NCBI RefSeq assembly: GCF_039521325.1
Contig: NZ_BAAACD010000016.1
Reading direction: 5' to 3' (one strand)
Length of the DNA: 64,000 nucleotides
DNA from: Clostridium cadaveris
GTDB taxonomy: Bacteria > Bacillota > Clostridia > Clostridiales > Clostridiaceae
Position 1 is the stretch's first letter. Each line of letters starts with the position of its first letter. Made by a program: the position numbers and the translations under genes. The notes beneath the pieces are model-generated. The model searched no databases. It saw nothing but the letters and a program-made list of their open reading frames with translations, and was not told where the DNA came from. Below, in pieces: positions 10,039-20,819 of the stretch.

Positions 10039-11169
10039 CTAGTTTGGAAAGTGAACTCTTACTAGCCAAAACTTTATGTCTTTGTCACTCCATCCTAAAT
10101 CCCATGGTACATCATTTCTATCAGTATTATGACAAGTAACTAAGGCATATCCTCTAGAGTCAGCATTAGTTACCATTGAAATATGCTTTACGTCACCTTT
10201 TTTCTCATAGGCTACAAAGTCACCAGGTAAAAGTTTATATGATGCTTTATATACCTTCTCATAATTTCCATAAGCTAGAACTGAAGCTCTGCCGCTATAG
10301 ACCCAATAGTTTTTAAACTTATCTGCATTTACCCAAGATGCTGTAGCATCTCCTTTATTATAATTCCATGCACCGCCTTTTCTAAACTTTCCTCCTTCGT
10401 GAAGGCATTGAGAGGCAAAGTTCGCACAATCCCCACCTTCTGGATTAAAGTTTCTATAAGCTTTGTTATATTTAAAACCATACTGTTCTTCTTCTGCTGC
10501 CCCACAATATTTGTCAGCGTATTCTTTAACTCGCTTTCTCTTGTCATTTAAATTAGAAAAATCCCGTGAATCTTGGGATAGTATGAATTGTTTAACATCA
10601 TCCACCTTTAATTTTTCTAAATTTAAAGAATCTGCAAATGGGTCTGTATACCATTCTTTTGAAATTAATAGCTTATCATTCTTATTTACTAAAGTCTGAA
10701 CATGATATGTACCTATTCTGGCTTTATTAACCTCTTCAGGTCTATCCTCATATATGTATCTATACTCAGTAGAACAAGTAAAGTTTACTTTAAAGCCTCC
10801 GCTATCAGTTTCACTTATCCTAGTTATAAATACCATAGGTATTATCTCCGTAAATTTCACACCTTGTTTTTGTTCCCAATTATGTAGATAAATCATCTTT
10901 TTTTCTTCGCTCTCGTAAGACCATTGCCCAAATTTAGTGCTTACATCATAAACAGCCTTTATATTTTCTGGCTCATTTGTCACTATAGCTTTATTTCTTT
11001 CTGATATTACCCTTTCTATAAAGCTTCGTATTTCAGCTTTGACTTCCTCATCTACCTTCTCAGCTCCATAGACCTTTACAGTAGAAAAATTCATGGACAT
11101 AAACATTAATAATATTATAATTACATATTTGCATAAGATTAATTTTTTAATGCCATCCTTAGATCTCAT
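10039..11169 (-). CDS. Secreted protein with a C-terminal putative amidase domain
   Basis: Signal-peptide-like N-terminus. AGGAGG RBS. The C-terminal region carries the …GGDCANFASQCLHEGG… Cys/His motif of the Firmicute putative-amidase domain family. Confidence 0.55.
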   Translation of the reverse strand: MRSKDGIKKLILCKYVIIILLMFMSMNFSTVKVYGAEKVDEEVKAEIRSFIERVISERNKAIVTNEPENIKAVYDVSTKFGQWSYESEEKKMIYLHNWEQKQGVKFTEIIPMVFITRISETDSGGFKVNFTCSTEYRYIYEDRPEEVNKARIGTYHVQTLVNKNDKLLISKEWYTDPFADSLNLEKLKVDDVKQFILSQDSRDFSNLNDKRKRVKEYADKYCGAAEEEQYGFKYNKAYRNFNPEGGDCANFASQCLHEGGKFRKGGAWNYNKGDATASWVNADKFKNYWVYSGRASVLAYGNYEKVYKASYKLLPGDFVAYEKKGDVKHISMVTNADSRGYALVTCHNTDRNDVPWDLGWSDKDIKFWLVRVHFPN

Positions 11170-11200
11170 AAATGTCCTCCTGATTTTACTATTGCTTATA

Positions 11201-12124
11201 TTAATCTAGTGCCTCGTTAATTTTCTTTATATACGACTCCACTTCCTCATTCATTGGCACGTCTCCAAACCACTTATCCTTGGTAAATGAACCATTTTGA
11301 AAATATTTAGCTTTAATAATTATCTCAGGCCTATATTCAAAATGAAGGATATCAAAATGTCCCCACTTTCCTCCCCAAACAAAATTGTATTTTTCAAATG
11401 TCTCAACAAGTTCCTTTGGATAGTATTTCATACGCTTTTCTCCTGCTTCTCTAGTTGCCCATTTCCAATAGTCACTAGGACTACTGTTTATATCGAGAGC
11501 TATTCCATAAGCGTGGGGACTAAGCTGTCCTGTACCTGATATTACTCTATAATTAAAGCTCCCATTTATTGGATTAATTAATCCGGCAACTTTTCCATTT
11601 CCAGAAGCTATACCTCTAAGCTCTTCCATAGCTTTTCCAAGCGCTTCAGCTGCACCATTATTCTTATTAAACAAATATTTATTGTAAGGAGCACTGACTC
11701 CCACAAGATGTTTTGAAACTTGACTTTGACTAGCACCATAAACTTCATTTAATAAGGCATAGCATCTAAATCTTCCTGGGTCTTTATTTACCTCCATCAG
11801 ATGATCTATCATATTAAGTGGATAAGGCTCTTCCAGTATATCTTGAATATCCGCATTATTCATCTTTCCATCAAAATTCTTCTTCTTTCCATCATCGTAA
11901 AGTATCTTCTTTCCTGATTTAGTTATTATAAATACTTTTCCATCACTGCTCTTTTCAATATCATTAATATATTCTGGATATGCCATCATCATAGTCAATA
12001 TATCTTGTTTTGTTGTAATAGAATACGCTTCATCATCCTTGGCTTCTTCAGCCATTGCAGGACATACTATAAATAATGTTATCATGTATATAAATAAAAT
12101 TATCCCTCTAAATAACTTTTTCAT
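11201..12124 (-). CDS. M15 family metallopeptidase (D-Ala-D-Ala carboxypeptidase / LdcB-like), secreted
   Basis: Signal peptide. M15 motifs SPHAYGIALDIN and WGHFDILHFEY. GAGGAGGG RBS. Confidence 0.65.
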   Translation of the reverse strand: MKKLFRGIILFIYMITLFIVCPAMAEEAKDDEAYSITTKQDILTMMMAYPEYINDIEKSSDGKVFIITKSGKKILYDDGKKKNFDGKMNNADIQDILEEPYPLNMIDHLMEVNKDPGRFRCYALLNEVYGASQSQVSKHLVGVSAPYNKYLFNKNNGAAEALGKAMEELRGIASGNGKVAGLINPINGSFNYRVISGTGQLSPHAYGIALDINSSPSDYWKWATREAGEKRMKYYPKELVETFEKYNFVWGGKWGHFDILHFEYRPEIIIKAKYFQNGSFTKDKWFGDVPMNEEVESYIKKINEALD

Positions 12125-12261
12125 AGGTTCTCCCTCCTCTTAAGTAATAGAAAAATAATAAAAAATAGCCTAAAGATACTCTTTAGACTATTTTGAGTTA
12201 ATATTAACTTATTTATTACTGGTAAATTTAGTTTTAAATACTTTTAGCTTTTCATATCTCT

Positions 12262-12810
12262 CTAATTGCACTTTAAAACATATGCTGGAGGGAAATTTAT
12301 CATTACTCTCTTAGTGCTGATACTTTGAAAATATGTTCTCATAAACTCTTTTTTTACAAGGGAATATTGGAAAGTGATGAATTTTCCATCTGGCTTTAAT
12401 ATGTTCTTAGTATTGTCTAATATCATGTGACTTATCATCTTTGGAAGAGATGCAAAAGGTAATCCTGATACAACATAATCTACCTTGTTTATCTCATATA
12501 TCTCTAAATACATTTTTATATTTTCTGCACCATCATTTATTATTTTAATATTTTTCTTGTGACCATATTTCACATCTAGATCGTCGCAAAAAGCTTTATT
12601 CTTTTCTAGAACTAAAAATAATGTATCTTCACATTTTCTTGCTATGATTTTTTCTGTAAATACTCCTGTTCCTGGTCCATATTCTACTATACATCTACAA
12701 TTTCTAAAGTCTACATCTTCTATCATTTTTTCAGCTAACCGCTTTCCACTTGGTGCTACAGCTCCAACTATTCTAGGATTTTTTATAAATTCTTTTATAA
12801 AGCCGAACAT
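12262..12810 (-). CDS. Class I SAM-dependent methyltransferase
   Basis: SAM-binding motif VEYGPGTGVFT. 182 aa. Confidence 0.7.
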   Translation of the reverse strand: MFGFIKEFIKNPRIVGAVAPSGKRLAEKMIEDVDFRNCRCIVEYGPGTGVFTEKIIARKCEDTLFLVLEKNKAFCDDLDVKYGHKKNIKIINDGAENIKMYLEIYEINKVDYVVSGLPFASLPKMISHMILDNTKNILKPDGKFITFQYSLVKKEFMRTYFQSISTKRVMINFPPAYVLKCN

Positions 12811-12942
12811 ATCTTACCTCCCTTAAGTTGTTTATTATATAAATATTATCATTAATCGCTTAAGAAATACATTATAAAAATCTTAAGATTTATCAACAAA
12901 AAAAGGTTATTTATTAAAAAAATAAATAACCTTTTTTTATAC

Positions 12943-14562
12943 TTATTTTCTATAAACGCACTTTCCATCCACATAAGTTTCTAGCACTTTTATATCTTTT
13001 ATTGTTTTCAAATCACTATTTAGTAAGTTTCTATCTAAGACCACAAAGTCAGCACATTTTCCACATTCTATTGACCCTTTAATGTTCTCTTCAAACGAAC
13101 TGTGAGCTGCCATTGTAGTGTATGACTGAATAGCTTCTTCTACGGAAAGAGCTTCTTCATTTAAGAACGGTCCTTTTGTTCCTTCTAGATTCATTCTTGT
13201 AACTGCACATTGTATTCCATTAAGAACATTTGGCAGTTCTACTGGACAATCCGAGCCATTTGAAACCTTGGTGCCGTTATTCATAAGGGTTTTGAAGTTA
13301 TAAGTTGTCTTTGCTCTTTCTTTCCCTATTCTATCTTCTACTATATTTATATCGTAATCTAAAAAAATAGATTGTACATATGCGTGAAGATCTAATTCTT
13401 TAAATTTATTTATAAGATCCTTTGTGGTTATCTGGCAGTGAACTATACCATGACGATGATCTTCCCTTGGGTTTTTCTTTAGTGCTTTTTCTATAGCCTC
13501 TACTATCATAACCATGATTTCGTCACCAATAGCATGAACTGCTACCTGCATTCCATTAGCATGAGCATATCCTATCATTTCATCGAATTGTTCTTGGGTA
13601 TAAACAGATATTCCTGAAGTGCTCGGATCGTCTTCATAAGGTGAACTAAGATAAGCTGTTCTAGCTCCTAATGAACCATCTCCTAAAAGTTTTAAAGGTC
13701 CTATCTTAAAATAACTGCTTCCAAACCCAGTATTATATCCTTTTTCAATAAATTCTTTAAGAAGTTCTAAATTCACAAGTTGCGCCTGTTCATAAACCTT
13801 AACGTTAAGTCTTCCTTCACTCTCTAGCTCTTTAAAAGATTCAATTATTACTTCATAATCCATAGTAGGGAATACTATAAAGTCATCTGTCTGAACAGAA
13901 GTTACTCCATAAGAATTCAAGCTGCTACTAGCTTCTACTATCATATCCTTTATTTCTTCTTTTGAAGGCACAGGTATATTGTCATAAATCATATTTAAAG
14001 CATTTTCTCTAAATATCCCTAAAGGCTCTCCATTTTCATCTATGTCAAACTGTCCACCTTCTACTTGAGGAGTATCCTTAGTGATTCCTATAATCTCTAA
14101 GGCTTTTGAGTTAACTACACATGCATGTCCACATGCACGTATTATACATATTGGATACTCTGTTGTTATCTCATCTAAATCATATCTATTTGGAAATCGG
14201 TTTTCATCTGTGAAATAATCATGATTCCATCCTCTTCCCCTTATCCATTCATTTTGTCTTAAATTTTTAGATTCTATAAATTCTCTTATGGCATCCTTCA
14301 TGTCTTTTAAAGATGATGTATGCTCCCCAAGCTTAATCATCTGAAGAGAATATCCATATCCAACTAAGTGCATATGAGAATCATTAAATCCTGCAGTAAC
14401 AAATTTGCCATTTAAATCCGTAATTGTGCTTTCCTCTTCTTTGAATTCAAGAGCACCTTCATTCTTTCCTACATAAATGAAACGTCCATCTTCCAAAACA
14501 AAAGCTTCTTTCATACCATTAGTAACAGTATAAACTTGTCCATTTACGAATATTTCCCTCAT
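12943..14562 (-). CDS. Amidohydrolase family protein (Amidohydro_3-like metal-dependent hydrolase)
   Basis: 539 aa with HxH motif (DSHMHLVGYG) and conserved C-terminal GSDCPVE. Abuts the symporter gene with a 1-nt gap, so probably in an operon. Confidence 0.75.
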   Translation of the reverse strand: MREIFVNGQVYTVTNGMKEAFVLEDGRFIYVGKNEGALEFKEEESTITDLNGKFVTAGFNDSHMHLVGYGYSLQMIKLGEHTSSLKDMKDAIREFIESKNLRQNEWIRGRGWNHDYFTDENRFPNRYDLDEITTEYPICIIRACGHACVVNSKALEIIGITKDTPQVEGGQFDIDENGEPLGIFRENALNMIYDNIPVPSKEEIKDMIVEASSSLNSYGVTSVQTDDFIVFPTMDYEVIIESFKELESEGRLNVKVYEQAQLVNLELLKEFIEKGYNTGFGSSYFKIGPLKLLGDGSLGARTAYLSSPYEDDPSTSGISVYTQEQFDEMIGYAHANGMQVAVHAIGDEIMVMIVEAIEKALKKNPREDHRHGIVHCQITTKDLINKFKELDLHAYVQSIFLDYDINIVEDRIGKERAKTTYNFKTLMNNGTKVSNGSDCPVELPNVLNGIQCAVTRMNLEGTKGPFLNEEALSVEEAIQSYTTMAAHSSFEENIKGSIECGKCADFVVLDRNLLNSDLKTIKDIKVLETYVDGKCVYRK

Positions 14563-16020
14563 CTAAGCAACCTCCCTTTTTTCTCTAACTAACTTATCTT
14601 CATAGAATATATCTACGGATTCATCTACAGTTCCAACTCCTAGATATCTAGCCTTATAATCTTTAAGAAGTACGAAATACTGTTTTGAAAGTGCAAGAAC
14701 CACAGCAACATTTATAAATGTTGGGATTCCGCTTGTTATATCAACAAAAGTCCATATGCTTATCTCTCCAACATAGAGTATGTAGGCTGTCATAATAAAG
14801 CCCGGCAATGGGTAACAATATTTAAATACTTTTAAAATAGCATTTTTTAGCTTTGTATTTTTGTCTGCTAAATGTCTTAAAACTACCTCATAGTAAACGT
14901 ACCATCCTGTTGATGTAGTAAGCCCAAATATAAGCATTGTAACAGTTAAAAAGTACTTACCGAAATTTCCAAGGCCCATTGTAAATGCATTAAGTGTAAG
15001 AGTTGCACTCTCTACTCCTGAAGACCATTCTCCTGTTATTATAACAACTAAAGATGTTATAGTACAAACAACAAAAGTGTCTATAAATACTTCAAATGAT
15101 CCCCATAATCCTTGCTCAATAGGATGTCTCGTTTTACTTGATGCATGAACCATCGGGCTTGTACCCCAACCAGCCTCATTAGAGTAAACACTTCTGGCCA
15201 TACCAGTAGATATAACCTTAGATACCGCTGCTCCAACAAATCCTCCAACAGCAGCACTGCCTGAAAAAGCACCATTAAATATAAGTGAAAAAGTATGAGG
15301 TATATTCTTATAGTTTAAAATTATTATTAAAAGTCCAAATACTAGATATGAAACGCTCATTAAAGGTACAAGCTTCGTAAATACCTTTCCTACAAACTTC
15401 ATTCCCTTCCAAATCATAAGGTATGTACAAACTACTATAAATAAACTTGCAACAAGCTGATTGATCTTAAAAGTTGATGCAACAACTTCTGATACAGTGT
15501 AATTACTAGCTGTTATAAAAAATGTTGAAAAGATTCCACATCCAAAGATAGCGGCAAGAACCTTCCAAAACTTAAAGTTTCTTTCTTCGCCAAGACCTCT
15601 TTCCATATAGTAAGTAGGCCCTCCATAAGGATCACCATTTTCATCTGTTCTTCTGTAATAAACTGCAAGTGTTACCTCTACCTGCTTTAAAAGCATTCCT
15701 AAAAAAGCAGTAATCCACATCCAAAGAGTGGCTCCAGGTCCTCCCATAGCTATGGCAGTAGCAACACCAGCGATATTACCAAATCCAACAGAGCCACCTA
15801 TTGCAGTAGAGATTGCCTCAATAGGATTTAGTACTCCTTTTTCATCACTGTCTTCCTGTTTCTTAAACACTTTTCCAAGCGTTTGTTGCATTATATATTT
15901 GAAATATCTTATTTGGAAAAATCCCGATCGCACAGTGAAATACACTCCCGTGGATAGCATTAGAATGATTAGGGGAGGCCCCCAGATAAAGTCGTTTAAA
16001 GCATTAATAAAATTTGTCAT
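14563..16020 (-). CDS. Alanine/glycine:cation symporter (AGCS family)
   Basis: 485 aa, multi-TM. N-terminus MTNFINALNDFIWGPPLIILMLSTGVYFTVRSGFFQIRYF is typical of sodium:alanine symporters. Confidence 0.85.
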   Translation of the reverse strand: MTNFINALNDFIWGPPLIILMLSTGVYFTVRSGFFQIRYFKYIMQQTLGKVFKKQEDSDEKGVLNPIEAISTAIGGSVGFGNIAGVATAIAMGGPGATLWMWITAFLGMLLKQVEVTLAVYYRRTDENGDPYGGPTYYMERGLGEERNFKFWKVLAAIFGCGIFSTFFITASNYTVSEVVASTFKINQLVASLFIVVCTYLMIWKGMKFVGKVFTKLVPLMSVSYLVFGLLIIILNYKNIPHTFSLIFNGAFSGSAAVGGFVGAAVSKVISTGMARSVYSNEAGWGTSPMVHASSKTRHPIEQGLWGSFEVFIDTFVVCTITSLVVIITGEWSSGVESATLTLNAFTMGLGNFGKYFLTVTMLIFGLTTSTGWYVYYEVVLRHLADKNTKLKNAILKVFKYCYPLPGFIMTAYILYVGEISIWTFVDITSGIPTFINVAVVLALSKQYFVLLKDYKARYLGVGTVDESVDIFYEDKLVREKREVA

Positions 16021-16423
16021 GTTCTTCTCCCTTTCTAATAAAAAAATTTATGCAGTAATCGGGGAAGCACTTGCTGATAAAAAAGAGCAATAGTATAAAT
16101 ATAATACTATTGCTCAAAAATTCTTTTTTAATCTGCAATAGCTCCATCACTTAATAGTGAGAGTACTTGATTTATTAAATCAAATCCCAGATAGATGTGC
16201 TGACATACACACCTTCTTCGGCAATCAACCCTTTCATGAGCTATCTTAGGTCTGTCTACCTCTTTCTCATTACTCTTTTTAACTGCGCCTCTATTTACAT
16301 ACATATTAATTTGTTAACTTGATATTAATCATATAGTAATATTTACTATATCGTCAAGGAATATTGAAAATTTTTTTAATTTTTCACATATTTTTATTTG
16401 TTTTTTAGATATTTTATACAACT
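16021..16423 (-). promoter_or_regulatory. About 400-nt 5' leader of the symporter/amidohydrolase operon containing an intrinsic terminator (16074-16115); candidate riboswitch or attenuator
   Basis: Perfect 11-bp hairpin gagcaatagta…tactattgctc followed by T6 on the minus strand, about 60 nt upstream of the start codon. The long structured leader contains …UUGCCGAAGAAGG…. It does not convincingly match the glycine-riboswitch or T-box consensus. Confidence 0.35.
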
Positions 16424-17131
16424 TTATATAATCAAGCTTACTCCTGATATTAATAATAAAATGTAAGACAATTTTAAAAATGCTTTTTGACTCATTTTTT
16501 CTGCGAGCCTATTCCCAATTATAACTCCAATAAGAAGTGCAGGAATAGCTACAACTACAGTTTCCATTATTGTTGCATTTATAACTCCATCTATTATTTG
16601 TTTTATTAAGATATAAACATTCAAAACTATCCACATTGGGGATAATGTTGCTCTAAACTGTTCTTTATTTTTAATTTTTTTCACAGCATATATTATAAGG
16701 AGAGGTCCTCCCGAAATAAACATACCATGTATTATTCCTGCTGCTAATACTATTGTTATAAGTGCTGCTTCACATAAATTAAATTCCTTAGTCACAAATA
16801 ATCCTTTAAAGGCTATTATTATTACGAAAACTGCATATATAGTCAATAATATATCTACAGAAAATATACTATAAAGATATTCTCCTATGAAAACCCCTAT
16901 GAGCATTATTATAGACATCTTAAAAAACTCATTCCAGACTATGTGCTTATAAGATTTTATAACTATTATTCCACATGCAACGATTGTAACTATATTAAGC
17001 ACTGGCTTTGCTACGTCTATACCCAAAAGTAATATTGAAAAAGGCATAGCCAATACCGTACCAGCAAAACCCGTTATTCCTTGAATTATATTAGTAATTA
17101 ATACCACAAGGAAAAACAATATGTAATTCAT
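16424..17131 (-). CDS. TauE/SafE (DUF81) family sulfite-exporter-like membrane protein
   Basis: 235 aa, about 7-8 TM helices, internally duplicated 4-TM pattern with glycine-rich helices. Confidence 0.65.
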   Translation of the reverse strand: MNYILFFLVVLITNIIQGITGFAGTVLAMPFSILLLGIDVAKPVLNIVTIVACGIIVIKSYKHIVWNEFFKMSIIMLIGVFIGEYLYSIFSVDILLTIYAVFVIIIAFKGLFVTKEFNLCEAALITIVLAAGIIHGMFISGGPLLIIYAVKKIKNKEQFRATLSPMWIVLNVYILIKQIIDGVINATIMETVVVAIPALLIGVIIGNRLAEKMSQKAFLKLSYILLLISGVSLII

Positions 17132-17225
17132 CTAAAATTCCTCCTATGTTTATACTCTAATATATATTAAATGTAAATTTGATATATATTATTCTTCATC
17201 ATCTTTGTTTAATTGGAAACCTTTC

Positions 17226-18020
17226 TCAGTTTATTATGTTTTTTATTGCATAATCTATAATATGATTGTCATTGGAAGGAGCTATATGTGCTGTTTCTCT
17301 TTTAAGTCTTTCGCTTCCATTTTCTACGCAAAATCCTAAAGCTCCAACCGTTAAAAGTTCTGAATCATTCATATTATCTCCAAACGTAATAAGCCTATCC
17401 CTATCTATACCTAGTTTGTCACATAATATACCTAGAGCATGTCCTTTTGATGTATTGAATGGCGCCAACTCTAGATACCTATCTCCAGTTCTCACTATTG
17501 GTCCGTTATCATATTGCTTCTGATATATTTCCTCTAACAGGTCTATCTCTTCTTTTTCTCCTATTATAAGAACTTTAGCCCAGTTTTTATCAAACAAGTC
17601 CTCGTTTATTTCGTATATTACATCATAGCCTGACTTTGAAAATCTCTCAGTGTATTTGCATGAGTTGTAAATATAAACTGTCTCTTCCGCATATACCTCT
17701 ATCCCTAAAGAAGGTCTTTCTTTTAAAATTTTCTTTATAACCTGCTTTCTGTTTTCCTCTAAAAAAACTTCAAATATTGTTTCACCTGTCTCAAAATCAT
17801 ATATCTTCGTTCCGTTATATAGTATAGCTGGAAGATTGATATTTAGCCTGTCCATAAATCTTTTTACTGATGGAAGCATTCTTCCTGTTGCTACCGTAAA
17901 TTTACCACCATGTTCTGTGAATTCTTTTATAGCCTCTATATTTTCCTCTGACAATTTCCCCTTACTATTTAAAAGAGTTCCGTCCATATCAGTGACTATT
18001 GTATATCCTTGAAATCTCAT
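17226..18020 (-). CDS. Cof-type HAD-IIB family hydrolase
   Basis: N-terminal DMDGTLL motif. 264 aa with a Cof-like cap domain. Confidence 0.8.
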   Translation of the reverse strand: MRFQGYTIVTDMDGTLLNSKGKLSEENIEAIKEFTEHGGKFTVATGRMLPSVKRFMDRLNINLPAILYNGTKIYDFETGETIFEVFLEENRKQVIKKILKERPSLGIEVYAEETVYIYNSCKYTERFSKSGYDVIYEINEDLFDKNWAKVLIIGEKEEIDLLEEIYQKQYDNGPIVRTGDRYLELAPFNTSKGHALGILCDKLGIDRDRLITFGDNMNDSELLTVGALGFCVENGSERLKRETAHIAPSNDNHIIDYAIKNIIN

Positions 18021-18197
18021 TTTTCTCTCCCTTTGAATAAAAAATTTATTTACATCTAAGTATAATAGTTAATAAACTATAAATTCAATAGGGATGTGAA
18101 ATCATGAAAAAAACATTTAAAATAGACAAATCTTTAGACTCAAAAATAAAATCTTTAAGAAGTTTTACACTAGAGATGGTTATTTATTTTCATAAAA

Positions 18198-18232
18198 AGA
18201 TGCCTCCCATAATAAGGAGGCATCTTCTTTAG
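18198..18232 (-). terminator. Rho-independent terminator
   Basis: Hairpin aagatgcctcc/cataataa/ggaggcatctt followed by T5 in the minus orientation, downstream of 18248-18988. Confidence 0.5.
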
Positions 18233-18247
18233 TATATTTTATTATCT

Positions 18248-18988
18248 TTATGCAAAGAATTCATAATTAATTCTATCTTTATCTACTCCAAGTTCTAACA
18301 GAGAACTTTCTAATCCTTTCATAAATGGAGGTGGTCCACAGAAATAAAAATCTGATTCTAAAGAAAGATTCTCATTTATCCATTCCTTTGTAACTCTTCC
18401 CTCAAAGTCATAATTTACTCCCTCTTTATCTTCTTCTAGAGGTTTTGAGTAAAATACAGTATTTTTTGTTCCCATTCTCTTAGAGGTTAATTCAATTTCA
18501 TCTTTAAATGGATGCATTTTAGAATTCTGTACAGCTTGAATGAAATGAATATTGCTATTTCTCTTTGACTCATCATAAAGCATTGATAATAGAGGCGTAA
18601 CACCTATTCCTCCGGATATCAAAACTATAGGTCTTGATTTTGGACGGTTCTTTATCGTAAAAGCTCCTGTTGGTACCATGGCTTCAATTGAATCTCCTAT
18701 ATTAAAATTTTCATGAAGAAAAGTACTTATAAGCCCACCTTCAACCTTTTTTACGCTTATTCTATATACAAAATCATTAGGGTGATTCGATAAACTATAA
18801 GTTCTCATCACATCTTTATACTTTGGATCTTCTGTCTTTATCTTGAAAGGTAGAAACTGTCCTGCTTTATGAACAGCAAGTTCCCCTCCATCCTTTGCTT
18901 TAAAATAAAATGATATTATATCTGAACATTCTTCTACTTTATCTACTAAAACAAGTTCTCTAAATCCGTTCCAATTTCCATTTATCAT
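18248..18988 (-). CDS. FAD/NAD(P)-binding oxidoreductase (ferredoxin-NADP reductase-like FNR family)
   Basis: FAD-binding RTYSLS motif and NAD-binding GGIGVTP motif. 246 aa. Confidence 0.65.
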   Translation of the reverse strand: MINGNWNGFRELVLVDKVEECSDIISFYFKAKDGGELAVHKAGQFLPFKIKTEDPKYKDVMRTYSLSNHPNDFVYRISVKKVEGGLISTFLHENFNIGDSIEAMVPTGAFTIKNRPKSRPIVLISGGIGVTPLLSMLYDESKRNSNIHFIQAVQNSKMHPFKDEIELTSKRMGTKNTVFYSKPLEEDKEGVNYDFEGRVTKEWINENLSLESDFYFCGPPPFMKGLESSLLELGVDKDRINYEFFA

Positions 18989-19205
18989 TATAAAAACCTC
19001 CTACAGTTTTTATTAAACAATAATTGTTATTATTTAATAAATTAACATAAGTATATATCTTTATCCAATTTAAGTCAATAGCTTTATAAAATAAATTAAA
19101 CTCTTACTCTATTACTTTTAGAAATATCATTTTAATTTATACATAAAAAAAATGACTTATCCTTCTACAAATAAGTCATTTGATTTCAATATAGTATTTA
19201 TGAAA

Positions 19206-20558
19206 TTAATAATTGGATATTTTATCTACTAAGCCAATATTTTTACTTTGGTATTTCCAAAATAGGGCTGAACCTATTAAAAGTAATCCGCATATGAGTG
19301 TGTATAGGGAAAATAATGGGTTACTAATGCTTCCAAATAATATTATAAGGGATCCTATGGTTGCAAAGATAGGATTTATAATTCCTTTCCATACTCCCTT
19401 TATCTCCCTGCTACATCCCATTCTAAATACTTTAACATACAAAAGAATATACAAAACATAATTTATTGTTATTGATATCTCAGATATATCTGAGTTTTGA
19501 AGCATTGAAAACTTTTGAGTTAAATAATGAATTACTAAACACACGCAACTTATAATAAAAGCGATAATAGATGAATTAACTGGCATAGCAAGCTTTTCAT
19601 TCATAACAGAAAATCTCTTATAATTTGGGAACATTCCTCTGATTGATAAAGAGTAAGGCATTCTAGTATGTCCCATTGTAAGTCCATTAACGGTTCCTAA
19701 AATTGAAATTACAACGAAAGTTACTATTATCTTAGCTCCCATAGGTCCAAATATCTTATTTGCAGCTAAATCAACATGAGAATCTCCCATTTGCATTACT
19801 ACATCTGGTCCCAAGAAACTGCTTATACCTACAAAATATAATAGATATATTGCCAATATAAATAATGGTGCTATAACCAAAGCCTTAGGAAGATCTCTTT
19901 CGGGCTTTTTCATTTCATGTCCTATACTTGTGGCAACTATCCATCCATCAAATGAAAATGCTATTGGAGCTATTGCTGCTATCCATCCAAAAGATTGCAT
20001 ATTTGTTACATCTGACACTACAACTGTAGAGACATCTCCAAATATAAGTCCTGTAGCTGCTATTAATATTAACGGAATTATTTTTATTACTGTAGAGGCA
20101 TTTTGAAAGTATCCTCCCAATTTTGCTGACAATACGTTTGATAAATACATATAAATTATTACTATTGCACCTATTAATGTTTGTGTTTCTAATGTGCTAT
20201 TGATACCAAATAACATACATATATAAATTCCTGCTACCCATGCTACAACTGCAACTAATGTTGGATAATATAAAAATGTGTGAAACCATCCTATGGCGCA
20301 TGCTATATATTTGTTGTATGCATTTTCTGCATAAGTTATAATTCCTCCAGCCTCTGTATTTCGTGAAGCTAATTCTGCTATTGTAAGACTACCAAATATA
20401 ATAGATATTGCGGCTATACAAAAAACTAGCACACCTAAACTGATGCTTCCCCCTGTAGCTACTAGAATATTATCACTCTTAAAAAATATTCCTGATCCAA
20501 TTACTATACCTACTATCATAGCTATAGCCGTAAACAAACCATATCTCTTTTCTTTCAT
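19206..20558 (-). CDS. Amino acid permease (APC superfamily)
   Basis: 450 aa with 12 predicted TM helices. N-terminal GSGIFF signature. Confidence 0.85.
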   Translation of the reverse strand: MKEKRYGLFTAIAMIVGIVIGSGIFFKSDNILVATGGSISLGVLVFCIAAISIIFGSLTIAELASRNTEAGGIITYAENAYNKYIACAIGWFHTFLYYPTLVAVVAWVAGIYICMLFGINSTLETQTLIGAIVIIYMYLSNVLSAKLGGYFQNASTVIKIIPLILIAATGLIFGDVSTVVVSDVTNMQSFGWIAAIAPIAFSFDGWIVATSIGHEMKKPERDLPKALVIAPLFILAIYLLYFVGISSFLGPDVVMQMGDSHVDLAANKIFGPMGAKIIVTFVVISILGTVNGLTMGHTRMPYSLSIRGMFPNYKRFSVMNEKLAMPVNSSIIAFIISCVCLVIHYLTQKFSMLQNSDISEISITINYVLYILLYVKVFRMGCSREIKGVWKGIINPIFATIGSLIILFGSISNPLFSLYTLICGLLLIGSALFWKYQSKNIGLVDKISNY

Positions 20559-20819
20559 GCACTATCCTCCTACCATACTTCCATAGTTTTTATTTATATA
20601 TTATTTTATTTTCAATATTATACCGTATAATATAATAATTTAATATAAAAAGTTCAATTTTTTTATATAAATATATTTTCAGACAGATGTGTAAATATAT
20701 TTTTTAGTATAAATTATCATATATAGAAAATCATTGTCATTTTAATAATATATAGTTTTTATTAGTAGAAGGTTTAAACTTACCACTATGATAGTAATTT
20801 TTGATTCTATAATTTATGC

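Noticed and set aside
16100-16330. Glycine riboswitch upstream of the AGCS symporter
   Set aside because: Only a partial GCCGAAGNAGG-like core is present. The conserved GGAGAG and CUCUGGAGAG/GGACAG elements and the tandem aptamer are not recognisable. It is kept only as a generic leader or attenuator candidate.
18093-18221. 42-aa plus-strand ORF MKKTFKIDKS… upstream of the terminator
   Set aside because: It runs through the terminator hairpin of the convergent gene, has a weak RBS and is probably not coding.
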